Virus record (IMG/VR): IMGVR_UViG_3300027969_002350 | Location: 26,494 to 90,493 of that record | Source of the DNA: a virus | Strand: one strand, 5' to 3' | Length of the DNA: 64,000 nucleotides | Part shown: positions 17,168-27,123 of the stretch, one piece after another | Layout of the letters: each line of letters begins with the position of its first letter | How positions within the stretch are numbered: position 1 is the first letter of the stretch | The notes under the pieces: model-generated | Told to the model about the DNA's origin: nothing | Database searches by the model: none | Seen by the model: the letters and a program-made list of their open reading frames with translations, nothing else | Made by a program: the position numbers and the translations under genes

Positions 17168-18326
17168 AACTCTTATCTCCTGGAAACAAAGGTAACTTAG
17201 TGCCAGGAGCACGTTTTGGAATCTTACTATCTGCACTACTTACACAACTTGTCCCGCCACAAGGCATTGGCTTGTCATATAACTTAAATCCAGTTTCAAT
17301 ATGTCCTAAAGGAACTTCGCTACAACTATAACTACGTTTTACTGTGCCGTCTGGTTCGCGAATAATAATACTGCGAAATCCACTACTACACTCCCATTTA
17401 TTAAAGTTATTAAAGTTAAAAGCATTAAAACGTTCTGCTTGATCCATAAACCAAGGCTTGCCTTCTTTATCAACAAACTCAATTTGATAGTGTGGATCAA
17501 CATCGACTTGTTTCTTACGCTGAGTATCTGCCTTGTCAATCATGAACGTAGGTTTCGGACGTTTCACTAATCCAGACTTTAATGCTTTTTCTTCTGTGTA
17601 AGCACGTTGTGGCATACCATTGTGTAACTTAGCCAACATCTCAGGTGTATAACCATCTACCACACGGCTTGCAGTAGGATCGCTTTGTGGCTTGAGTGTT
17701 ACGTTGATACCTCTATTGTGAAAGTATAAACTTAGATCATAAATCTCATTAAACTGTTCTGGCACCATAACCATATTAATAGTTATTTGTGTGTCATATT
17801 CTTGGCATAAGACTAGTTTGTCAGCAAACTCTTCTACTTTCTTATCTGTGTCAACATGTTCACGATGGCAACTTGCTGTAATACTAGCACGATGAAAATT
17901 TTTAACTGCTGGCACATATTGTTCTTCAAACCATTTCATAGGACGACTCATGTTACTGGTCATATGCACACTGGTATAGTTTGTGTTAGCCGCATCATTA
18001 TTTAAATGATTAAGGATGTCAATGTAAGCTGGATGGAATGTGGGTTCTCCTCCACTTAGACTAAAGTGGAAACTATTAAATCCATTTTCTCTAGCTTGAC
18101 GTTTTATCTCATCTACAGTATGTAACATTAAAGGTGTAGGGCGATGGTCCTTTGTGTCACTGCGAGCATACGGCCAGCAATAACTACAACGATAGTTGCA
18201 GTATCGTCCTAATAGCCACGATACGGTAAACATATCGCGGTATAGCATTGTTCTTTGACCAACTCTAACTAAGTCGTTAAATGGAATCTTAGTAAAGTCA
18301 TATTCACTGGTTTTTAAATCACTCAT
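17160..18326 (-). CDS. Radical SAM protein with C-terminal Cys-rich (SPASM/twitch-like) domain
   Basis: CNYRCSYC, GGEPT; C-terminal C..G...C...C....C..SAD..IPK. Confidence 0.9.
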   Translation of the reverse strand: MSDLKTSEYDFTKIPFNDLVRVGQRTMLYRDMFTVSWLLGRYCNYRCSYCWPYARSDTKDHRPTPLMLHTVDEIKRQARENGFNSFHFSLSGGEPTFHPAYIDILNHLNNDAANTNYTSVHMTSNMSRPMKWFEEQYVPAVKNFHRASITASCHREHVDTDKKVEEFADKLVLCQEYDTQITINMVMVPEQFNEIYDLSLYFHNRGINVTLKPQSDPTASRVVDGYTPEMLAKLHNGMPQRAYTEEKALKSGLVKRPKPTFMIDKADTQRKKQVDVDPHYQIEFVDKEGKPWFMDQAERFNAFNFNNFNKWECSSGFRSIIIREPDGTVKRSYSCSEVPLGHIETGFKLYDKPMPCGGTSCVSSADSKIPKRAPGTKLPLFPGDKSYE

Positions 18327-18552
18327 TTTTTTCGTAGATAAATTTTACTTCTTTGCCTGGTCCTGCTTCGCTGGGCAGGCCGCCATACTCTTTAATATAC
18401 CAAGTAATAGCAGCCTTGTACCATCCTGTGCTATCATGCCTACTTTCTTTATTAAACTTATATATGTTATCATTGGTTGCTTCCATGCTACTAATAATTC
18501 TAGCGGCTTCTAATTGTAACACTCTTAAGGGCATTGTGTCAAGGTCTATCAT
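18319..18552 (-). CDS. Small hypothetical protein
   Basis: 77 aa, overlapping both neighbours in the operon. Confidence 0.75.
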   Translation of the reverse strand: MIDLDTMPLRVLQLEAARIISSMEATNDNIYKFNKESRHDSTGWYKAAITWYIKEYGGLPSEAGPGKEVKFIYEKNE

Positions 18553-19751
18553 AGGTCCAAATTATTCATTAGTTTAATTAATTTATCTGTTTTCTTAACA
18601 GCTTGTTTGCGCTCTAAAAATTCCTGTGCCAGTTGTTTATAGTTATCATTGTATGCTGTACCAATTCTAAATATCATATTATCAAGAAACGTGATAAAGT
18701 TTTCGGGGTCTACATGATTAGAATTGGCAATATTATCCAACACAACTTTTTTAGCCTGTTCCATGTATTTAAGATAATATATCGGAAGATTTGCAATATC
18801 CAATTCAGTGGGTACACTTATAAAATTTCCGTACCACGTAAATTTTTTATTTGGTGCGTGAGTTTTGAATTGTTCATATATCCAAGAAATATATTGTGAA
18901 AAACTTTTTAAGTTAAAAATATTAACAGTAGGACTTAGTACTATTAATTCTGTCTTAGGATGTGTTATGTATCTAACAAAGTTTTCTTGAAAACAAGTCC
19001 AATCTAAACCGTGTCTTATAAGTTCAGCATCCTCTCCAAAACTTTCATTGCTAATGCCAATTCCCCATGACAAATTACTTGTGTCCATTTTAGCAACAAT
19101 TTTATCCATCAAGAATCGTTTACTATTGGCATTAGTACATATTTCTAATCTAATATTTTTACTGCTATTCTTTGAGCACTCATCAATAAAATCTACTAAC
19201 TCATAAAAACGATTACTGGCAGTAGGCTCTCCACCTAAAAATATAAAAATTATCTTATTAGCATACAGTTCTTTATCGATATGATTTTTAATCCACTGCT
19301 TAAAAACTGTATAATCATCCTCATTAGTATTATCTACTATTTCAATGCCTTCTTCTTGCGCTATCTTACTGCTACTACCAGACCAACAATATATGCAAGA
19401 CATATCACATATTCTATCAGGTCTAATTTCTATATAACTAATATAGCTATCACCCTCTAAGCTATTTCTTTTATCTTCAATAAAGTTATTATCCCATTTA
19501 TTGGCCCATTCTTTAAAGGCGCTATTACCTTTATTATAATCATTCCAACAGTTATTACAATCAATATGTTTAACATTTTTTAAACTTGCAATTCTTCTAT
19601 CTGTTATGTACTCATTTTTACTAATAAAATCTTCAGTTAGTTTGTCGGGAAACTGATGTGAAGCAGCCTTGCAACAATGGCTTACTGATCTTAATTCAAA
19701 ATTAATATTAATATCTGTCCAACTTTTAGAACAGTAAGTTTCGTTGCTCAT
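18549..19751 (-). CDS. Radical SAM protein with N-terminal twitch-like domain
   Basis: YCSKSW..HCC..CNNC; CDMSCIYC; GGEPT. Confidence 0.88.
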   Translation of the reverse strand: MSNETYCSKSWTDININFELRSVSHCCKAASHQFPDKLTEDFISKNEYITDRRIASLKNVKHIDCNNCWNDYNKGNSAFKEWANKWDNNFIEDKRNSLEGDSYISYIEIRPDRICDMSCIYCWSGSSSKIAQEEGIEIVDNTNEDDYTVFKQWIKNHIDKELYANKIIFIFLGGEPTASNRFYELVDFIDECSKNSSKNIRLEICTNANSKRFLMDKIVAKMDTSNLSWGIGISNESFGEDAELIRHGLDWTCFQENFVRYITHPKTELIVLSPTVNIFNLKSFSQYISWIYEQFKTHAPNKKFTWYGNFISVPTELDIANLPIYYLKYMEQAKKVVLDNIANSNHVDPENFITFLDNMIFRIGTAYNDNYKQLAQEFLERKQAVKKTDKLIKLMNNLDL

Positions 19752-20491
19752 ATACTAACTATCATAGTTTCTTGCTTTTGATTGATAGTAAAACTTTCTT
19801 CGCGTCCGCCACGTTTAAAATGCGTTTCCCCGTCTAAATATTCTTCTTTTACTGATACATTTTTACCTGCATATATATCAACAATTTTTTTATCTTTTGG
19901 TCCAATACATATAGCTACTACCGCTTCAACTGGTTGTTGAGAAAAATCATCTCCAAATTCTTTTGCAAGTAACCGAACAAATTGTTTATTGGATAATACA
20001 TCTTCCATACCGCAGGCAACAAATGCCGTGCCATAACCAAGATCCTCAGCAGTTAACTGTGCGTATGTGGCGCTAATCATTGCGTCACGTACAGCACCTT
20101 TGACCATAACATATTTAGATACAGGACTTTTAACTTCGCTGTATACTCTGTCATATACTTCTGTTCCTTTACTTTCTACAAGATCAACCATTTGATGCTC
20201 TGGAGCAGGGTTTGTTATATAAAGTAATACCAACGGGGCTTTAGTTTGTAGCAGATATATTTCTTTACCAAGTTCGTCATTACACGATGTAATATTATCA
20301 CATAGTTCTGACTTTAATCTTTTACCGGCTGCAGAGTCTGTCAACGCAAACACTTTGTATCCATATATTTTGTTTTTACTTGGTGCACGACGGGCACTAT
20401 CCAAAATAGTTTGAACATCGTCTTCGTTGATTTCGTCGGTCATTAACCTAGTAGTAAATCTAGATTTAATTAATTCATTCACTGTTGACAT
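19748..20491 (-). CDS. Nitroreductase-family flavoprotein
   Basis: SRFTTR, RAPSKN, LTAEDLGYGTAFV; AGGAG RBS. Confidence 0.8.
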   Translation of the reverse strand: MSTVNELIKSRFTTRLMTDEINEDDVQTILDSARRAPSKNKIYGYKVFALTDSAAGKRLKSELCDNITSCNDELGKEIYLLQTKAPLVLLYITNPAPEHQMVDLVESKGTEVYDRVYSEVKSPVSKYVMVKGAVRDAMISATYAQLTAEDLGYGTAFVACGMEDVLSNKQFVRLLAKEFGDDFSQQPVEAVVAICIGPKDKKIVDIYAGKNVSVKEEYLDGETHFKRGGREESFTINQKQETMIVSI

Positions 20492-20519
20492 TTTCTCTCC
20501 TTAAATTATTATATACGCA

Positions 20520-20533
20520 GATAAATATTTATA
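20520..20533. promoter_or_regulatory. Palindromic bidirectional late promoter (ATAAATATTTAT)
   Basis: GATAAATA on plus and TATAAATA on minus overlap, between divergent genes. Confidence 0.55.
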
Positions 20534-20553
20534 GATAATAACCGGAGAATAGC

Positions 20554-21294
20554 ATGGCAGACGATTTAGTAAACGAATATGGTGTAAGTAACGAGGACCC
20601 AAAATCATTTGCTAATAGGAACAACCATCCTGCTAACATAAAATATCCACAGAATTTAACAAATGGTAGAGAAGTTAATATGTCTAGTGACATTCCATTT
20701 TTACCAATAGACGATTGGAAGGATACTGCTGATTGGAATCAAATGTTGTTTGAAGCAAAACGCTTACAAAAGCATTATGTACAGCATAGAAGTCACGAGT
20801 TACATGCAGGCTGGAGTAGTTTATGTATACACGGTCTTAGTAGTGTTCATACAGAAAGCAGTCACACATATGGATTTACAGATGCAGATGCTCCTTGGCG
20901 CTGGACCGATGTAGCTGATTGGTGTCCCACGATTAGAGCATTCTTTAAGGATCAATTTGATTATAAAAAATACTTTAGAATACGCATTATGAAATTGGCT
21001 CCTGGCGGATGGATCGTACCGCATAAAGATAGCATGACTCAAGACGAAAATCATATAGGACCAGTTAATATTGCCATCAATCATCCTGCAGATTGTCACT
21101 TCTATATGGATAACATTGGTTATTTGCCGTGGGAGGCAGGGCGAGCAATTAAACTGAACTTATATAATGTACACCAAGTGTATAATCATAGCAACGAGGA
21201 TAGATATCATATCATTGCACACGGCCATGCAGGAGATAGTTGGTCCAATCGATTATATCATAATTACAATAATTGGAAGAAAATATATGAATAA
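20554..21294 (+). CDS. Aspartyl/asparaginyl beta-hydroxylase-like 2OG-Fe(II) oxygenase
   Basis: RIRIMKLAPGGWIVPHKD...HQVYNHSNEDRYHII; GGAG RBS. Confidence 0.8.
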   Translation: MADDLVNEYGVSNEDPKSFANRNNHPANIKYPQNLTNGREVNMSSDIPFLPIDDWKDTADWNQMLFEAKRLQKHYVQHRSHELHAGWSSLCIHGLSSVHTESSHTYGFTDADAPWRWTDVADWCPTIRAFFKDQFDYKKYFRIRIMKLAPGGWIVPHKDSMTQDENHIGPVNIAINHPADCHFYMDNIGYLPWEAGRAIKLNLYNVHQVYNHSNEDRYHIIAHGHAGDSWSNRLYHNYNNWKKIYE

Positions 21295-22792
21295 TACACG
21301 CATTTCAAATGCGCTTATATACGACAAAAAAGACATAGGCTTAGATGAAGATATTAGACAAAGTTTAAAAATATTTCATAAACGAAATATATCTATAGAT
21401 ATTGTTAAATTGCCGTCACTGGGAAATATATCAGATAATGAAGACATTGCAATTCAAGAAACTGCCGATAATCCAAATAACTACGACTATGTAATTTTAA
21501 CATGGGAAGGTACGATCCCAAATATATATTACTATCACGAGCCGTGTATTAAACATGTAATAGACTTAAACGAAAAGACCAACGGAGAATGGTTAGTCAG
21601 CGGACAAATAATGGATCAATACGAAAACCGAAAAATGTTCGAAGATGCTGATGCAGATAAATGGAAAGGAAGTTTTTATCTATTTCCTATAACAGCTATT
21701 GTTAATTTAAAGAAGTGGAGAGAACTTGGACGGCCTGCTTGGGGACAATCTAGCTTAGTCGCCGTACAACATATAATTCCAAAAAGAAGCGACGATAATA
21801 TACACGATAACTATACTCCATTGATGCTTACTACAGGGACGGAGGTTACAGAAACGCCAGTCAAAAAAGGCTGGAATATTATCGACGTTTCAATAAAAAA
21901 TAATTTACCTATTTACAATCTGAGTACAGACATAAGACAAAATCAAACTTATTTGTATCCAGAGAATAATCCAACAATGTTTAATAATTTTTGGCGTAGC
22001 TTATATACTATGCCAAAGTTAACTGATCAATACGTAAAAGTATTACAAACTGTATTACCAAGTAAAAATCCTATTCGTATCAATGGCAATAAATGGGGTT
22101 GTTTTATTCGCAATACAGAAGAACATATTGTAGAACGATTTGTAGATATATTCGAAAAGCATATGTACGGTGTAGATACAATGATAGTCCCTTGCAGTGG
22201 ATTTAAAGATCTAGTTATTGCATCTAAAAAACCAAAAGGTGTAAATATTAAACAAGTAATACATTTTGATATTCTTAAAGGATGCGTAGATATCAGACAA
22301 CATATTGTGAAAGGATGGGATGGCACCAGAGATCATTTTACTATATTATTAACCAATATAAAAGAATACTATCAAAAAAAATATAATCATCCAAATTGCT
22401 TTCAAATGGGATCAATGGATACATTTGATGATGCTTATTTGGATATTTTAAAGAATTTTGACAATGAAGAGCATTTAAAAGATAACTGGTTAGAATTCAA
22501 ACAGTTAAATCATAAATTCATACACAGCGATATTCTTTCAGAACCTTGGCTAGTCACCAAACATGTTAAAAATAGTAATGTGTATTTGTGGTTAAGCGAC
22601 ATTGCTGGCTGGAGAGAAAATATCATTGGTTATGGATACAAGACATTGCGAAATCAATTATCATCTGTTGCTGAACATTTAAAGCGCAATAACTGTATTG
22701 GCATAGTTGACTATAAGGATCCTGCTACTGATTTGCAATTACTTCAAGAATTTGATGAATTTATAACATTTTTAAAACAAGATATTCAATGA
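21287..22792 (+). CDS. Two-domain hypothetical protein
   Basis: Start at ATG 21287 overlapping the upstream stop; C-terminal half resembles the N-terminus of the next gene. Confidence 0.75.
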   Translation: MNNTRISNALIYDKKDIGLDEDIRQSLKIFHKRNISIDIVKLPSLGNISDNEDIAIQETADNPNNYDYVILTWEGTIPNIYYYHEPCIKHVIDLNEKTNGEWLVSGQIMDQYENRKMFEDADADKWKGSFYLFPITAIVNLKKWRELGRPAWGQSSLVAVQHIIPKRSDDNIHDNYTPLMLTTGTEVTETPVKKGWNIIDVSIKNNLPIYNLSTDIRQNQTYLYPENNPTMFNNFWRSLYTMPKLTDQYVKVLQTVLPSKNPIRINGNKWGCFIRNTEEHIVERFVDIFEKHMYGVDTMIVPCSGFKDLVIASKKPKGVNIKQVIHFDILKGCVDIRQHIVKGWDGTRDHFTILLTNIKEYYQKKYNHPNCFQMGSMDTFDDAYLDILKNFDNEEHLKDNWLEFKQLNHKFIHSDILSEPWLVTKHVKNSNVYLWLSDIAGWRENIIGYGYKTLRNQLSSVAEHLKRNNCIGIVDYKDPATDLQLLQEFDEFITFLKQDIQ

Positions 22793-24852
22793 AACCCTTT
22801 TCAATTATAAAAGAACACGAAGCTACTTACGGCAAAGGTATTTTAAATAATACGTTTACTAGATTTGTGGGGCCTGCTGACAGCATTTTTAATATGCTAG
22901 TACGTAGTATTGGGCAACGCAAAGAAAAAAGAGCAAACGAACAATTACATTTTGTTATATACGACAAGAATCCTGCACACCTAGAAATGTTCAAATATTT
23001 GTTAGCATGGGATGGCAAGGTAGAAACTAACAAAGAATACGATTACTCTGACTTATTAAATTATATTGAACAAGGAAAAATAAAGTTTGGACTACAACTT
23101 GCTCCTTTTGTTTTACGTTATATGAAAAGTTCTCCATTAGATAAAACTATAAGATATGATTATGATAACTTTACCGAATCGTGGAACATCTTTAAAAAGC
23201 ATAAGTTTACATTCTTACATATAGACTTGATTGAAGAGAATGAAAAGTTTATTGATTATATAGACAAACTTCCATTGCTCAGGAAAAAACTAAGTCAATT
23301 TGTTAAAATTGATATTAATCCATCTGACTATGATGCAAAAAAATATCAAGATTCAATAGACAACATTCTTCATAATTTATGGATTAAGAATATTAAAAAT
23401 TATCCCAGCGTTGTGCAAATTGCAACCAATAATTCAAATGAAGAAGATTATGCAGGTAAACTATATGCCAAACGCAATCCTAGTTTTTGTGTATTACCTT
23501 GGATGCACATACAATACAAGCCTACTGGCCAAAGTAAACTATGTTGCAGATATGATACTGTTCACGAACACAAACAAAATGATGTAAATAGAACATTGGG
23601 TAATTTATCCGAACTTGTTCCAGAACGTTTAGACTTAGTAATACAAAAAAGTACTATGGAAGAAAGTTTCTTCAGTAATTATTGGGATACTGCAAGAAAG
23701 TATACTGATAATAATCAAGCTATTTCTGGTTGTCACAAATGCTATAAAGAAGAAAGCGGTGCGGGAGAAGTTGCTACATCAATGCGACTGGGTACTGCTA
23801 TTTTGTACAACGAAGGGTATTTACATAAAAGGCCTGCACACGAAAAGCCAGAAATAAAATTCTTAGAAGTGGGCTTTGGTAATTACTGCAACCTTGCTTG
23901 TTTATCTTGTAATAGTACACTTAGCACAACCTGGAACAATGACGAATTAGAATTAAATAAAATTGTTGGTTCAAGACTTAAACGAGACGTGTTTCCTAAA
24001 TTGGATAACTTAAAATTTATTCCCAATGAAGAAACACTTAACAGTTTACGCATTATTAAATTCACTGGTGGTGAGCCAATGATTAATCCTGAATTTATTA
24101 AATTTATAGACTTAATTTGTGAAAATGGAAATCCTGCACAAATCAGTTTAGAAATATATACTAATTGTAGTTACATTCCAAGTCCAAAGTTATTAGAAAA
24201 TTTAACTAAATTTGAAGCAGTACAATTAAATTTAAGTATAGACGCATATGGACAAGCCAATGACTATATTCGGTATGGTAGCGTATGGGAAGGTACTTCA
24301 AAGCAAACAGTTAGCAATGCCATAGATCATTGGTTGGATTTTGGTAAACAATACGATAACATCAGTATCATAATGTCTTCTACACTAAGTGCTCTTAATA
24401 TATTAGAAGTACCAAAATTAATGACATGGTGGATGGACAAGTATAAAGATTCTGGCAATAAAATTGTTGTTCATCGAAGTAAATTATTGGCCACAGAATA
24501 CGACGGCTTCTTCAAATTACAGCCTGCTCATGATCCTAGTTATATTAATTTAAATATTTTACCAAAAGAATATTATGCCGATGTATCTAAATGGATAGAA
24601 AAATATCGTGAAGAGTTTGTTGTAAAATATGCAGACTTGGGGGGTATTCCAGAATGTATTGGTGCTAGTTTATTAAAGCTAGAACAACTTATCAACAAAG
24701 CAAAAGGCAATAAAGATTCTGCACAAGACTTTATTAACTACATCGAATCTATGGATAAGGTACGAAAGAATTCCGGGGATGCTATTATACCAGAGTTGAT
24801 TAACAAAGTTAAAGAATACTTGCTAACTCAGGATATACCTCAGCAAAACTAG
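22789..24852 (+). CDS. Fusion protein: unknown N-terminal domain plus twitch-like domain plus radical SAM
   Basis: FCVLPW..LCC..CHKC from about residue 235; CNLACLSC; GGEP. Confidence 0.88.
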   Translation: MKPFSIIKEHEATYGKGILNNTFTRFVGPADSIFNMLVRSIGQRKEKRANEQLHFVIYDKNPAHLEMFKYLLAWDGKVETNKEYDYSDLLNYIEQGKIKFGLQLAPFVLRYMKSSPLDKTIRYDYDNFTESWNIFKKHKFTFLHIDLIEENEKFIDYIDKLPLLRKKLSQFVKIDINPSDYDAKKYQDSIDNILHNLWIKNIKNYPSVVQIATNNSNEEDYAGKLYAKRNPSFCVLPWMHIQYKPTGQSKLCCRYDTVHEHKQNDVNRTLGNLSELVPERLDLVIQKSTMEESFFSNYWDTARKYTDNNQAISGCHKCYKEESGAGEVATSMRLGTAILYNEGYLHKRPAHEKPEIKFLEVGFGNYCNLACLSCNSTLSTTWNNDELELNKIVGSRLKRDVFPKLDNLKFIPNEETLNSLRIIKFTGGEPMINPEFIKFIDLICENGNPAQISLEIYTNCSYIPSPKLLENLTKFEAVQLNLSIDAYGQANDYIRYGSVWEGTSKQTVSNAIDHWLDFGKQYDNISIIMSSTLSALNILEVPKLMTWWMDKYKDSGNKIVVHRSKLLATEYDGFFKLQPAHDPSYINLNILPKEYYADVSKWIEKYREEFVVKYADLGGIPECIGASLLKLEQLINKAKGNKDSAQDFINYIESMDKVRKNSGDAIIPELINKVKEYLLTQDIPQQN

Positions 24853-26065
24853 TATCGTTTTGTTTGTCCATAAAGTTAATATACTCGGCGGTTTCGCCGA
24901 GTGCTGATGAATAGTCTTCGGCATTCATATAGTTAATTGCATGATCACCATAACGAACAATACGTTTCTTTTGTTGTTGTTTACGTTTTTCATTGCTCCA
25001 TTGTGCGTGTGTCCACAATGCAGGATCATCTAATGTTAGTTTAAAATTATTCCAGTCTTCTGTGACCTTTGCTTTGATGGCAGCTGGCAATACTTTAGGA
25101 TTAATAGGCTTAGGATATTGAACCATACTTGTATGAAACAATCCGCCTGCGGCATTGACAAATTTAACAATGTCAACTAATCTAGTAATATTATAAATGC
25201 TAACAGTAGTAGTCAAACTCATTTCTATGTTAGTAAGTGCATGTAATTTTTGTACATTATCTACAATCTTATATATGTCGCCGTTAGTTCTAAAATAACT
25301 AAATGTAGTATCATCTCCGTCAATACTTACACGAAGTATAATCTTTTTAAACTTGGGCCAGTGATCCAAGACATTATAGTACCCTAGACCTAATGCTACC
25401 AAGTTACTGTTATAACTTAATGTTATGTTCTGTGCATGATCTGCCATGGCATCAATCATTTCCCAATGACGCTTTTGTTGTAATGGTTCTCCACCGGCAA
25501 TCAATACTTCACGCAAATAAGGAATAGCATTTTTAAACTCTTCAAAACTCCGCTCGGGTAAACTAATGTGTTTCTTTTCTAGTCTGCCTGCGCCGTGCTT
25601 GGTAAAGAATGTTTTAACTTCAGGATCTTTAAATGCTAGTACTTCCCATTGACTACTATAAGTAGGGCTACAATGTCTACAACGCAGATTACAAGTATTA
25701 TCAAAGCGAATCTCTATACTTCTTGGCTGATAAGGCATTGAATAGTCTTCTGCAACATTAGACAGTATTTCATCAAAGTCCATATTGTAACTATCTTTGT
25801 ATGTTTCATTACATGTTTGTCGTGTACTAGCAACTCCGCTATCCTCAAAGTCCCAACAACTGCGACAGCCAGTAGGACGCTCTTCATTTAATACAGCTCT
25901 ACGAAGTTCTTTTGTTTCTTTACTATTCCATATTTCACTTAATGTTTGACTGCGGTAATCTCCAATACGATCCGGATAACGCCAGCAAGCACCTACTTTA
26001 CCTTCGTGCTTAATGTTCTGATGTATAAAAGGCATTATACAGAATGTTTTGCTGTCTTTGTTCAT
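24809..26065 (-). CDS. Radical SAM protein with N-terminal twitch-like domain
   Basis: FCIMPF..ACW..CRSC; CNLRCRHC; GGEP. Confidence 0.92.
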   Translation of the reverse strand: MNKDSKTFCIMPFIHQNIKHEGKVGACWRYPDRIGDYRSQTLSEIWNSKETKELRRAVLNEERPTGCRSCWDFEDSGVASTRQTCNETYKDSYNMDFDEILSNVAEDYSMPYQPRSIEIRFDNTCNLRCRHCSPTYSSQWEVLAFKDPEVKTFFTKHGAGRLEKKHISLPERSFEEFKNAIPYLREVLIAGGEPLQQKRHWEMIDAMADHAQNITLSYNSNLVALGLGYYNVLDHWPKFKKIILRVSIDGDDTTFSYFRTNGDIYKIVDNVQKLHALTNIEMSLTTTVSIYNITRLVDIVKFVNAAGGLFHTSMVQYPKPINPKVLPAAIKAKVTEDWNNFKLTLDDPALWTHAQWSNEKRKQQQKKRIVRYGDHAINYMNAEDYSSALGETAEYINFMDKQNDTSFAEVYPELASIL

Positions 26066-27123
26066 TGCTTTAATATGTTTTCTTTATTCAGCTTATCGTT
26101 AACATAAAGAGTTGTGTTCTCTTGACTTCCGCATGTGTGTAAACATGTAATTAAATTGCCGTTTTCTATTGTGTCATTCCATTTTGAACTTATATTATAC
26201 TGCATTTTTAGCACGTCGTCAACCGAATGTAAATTCAAATCAAAGTCTTTTAAATTGTAATTCTCATTAAGATTCCAACTGCCAGGACTATCGTGTGTAT
26301 GTGTGCCCAAATAACAACAAGGCATTAATAGCCCGTTTGACGACAAATATATATCTTTACGTTCTAAGCTCTTACAAGTAATTTTATTTCCATTTAATTT
26401 AGAATAATTTTTAATATCAAATTTGAACAGCGTGATTGGTATATGTTCTTCCTTGCCTACATTAGTATGTCTAAATTGTTCTTGATTGGGAGGCTCTAAG
26501 GTAAAAACTTGTTTGCCTTCTATCATAACTTTAAAGTCTTTTTTGCCACGAAACTTTTGAGTTACTTTTAATCTAAACTTAATGCCCAGTTCTTCTGCTA
26601 ATTGCTTTGCTTCATTAACTTGATGTTCATTATGTTTAAATGCTATGAAATTCCATTGTGCTTGGCCGCCAGCGGCAACATAGGCTTTTAAGTTGACATA
26701 TACTTTATCATATTTGACACCAATTCTATATTTCCCTAGTGCTTCGTTGTCAGTTCCATCTAAGGCAAAGTTAATCATTACATTAGGACGAGCAAGACTA
26801 GCCCACCATTCTTCGCCACGATAGCCGCCATTAGTATCAACACTAACACTTTTACATCCGTTGTCTATTAAGTAGTTGACAAACTCCGGCAATGATTTAT
26901 TTAAGCAAGGGTCACCGTATACTCCACTAAAGTATACATGGTCGAGTTGTCTGGTAAATTCTTTAGTAAACAACTTATAAAAAACTTCAGGAGTTAAGTC
27001 TCCTTCTTCCAAATCTGGTTGCACAAATCCATCACCAGTGTATCTACTACACATAGGACATTGGCTGTTACAACGACTGCTTGCTTCAACGTGTATTAAT
27101 CTAATATCTTCTTTAGCTATCAT
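26062..27123 (-). CDS. Radical SAM protein with C-terminal SPASM-like domain
   Basis: EASSRCNSQCPMC, GVYGDP; C-terminal C..PCC..CLHTC; start at the ATGA overlap, 27123. Confidence 0.9.
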   Translation of the reverse strand: MIAKEDIRLIHVEASSRCNSQCPMCSRYTGDGFVQPDLEEGDLTPEVFYKLFTKEFTRQLDHVYFSGVYGDPCLNKSLPEFVNYLIDNGCKSVSVDTNGGYRGEEWWASLARPNVMINFALDGTDNEALGKYRIGVKYDKVYVNLKAYVAAGGQAQWNFIAFKHNEHQVNEAKQLAEELGIKFRLKVTQKFRGKKDFKVMIEGKQVFTLEPPNQEQFRHTNVGKEEHIPITLFKFDIKNYSKLNGNKITCKSLERKDIYLSSNGLLMPCCYLGTHTHDSPGSWNLNENYNLKDFDLNLHSVDDVLKMQYNISSKWNDTIENGNLITCLHTCGSQENTTLYVNDKLNKENILKQ

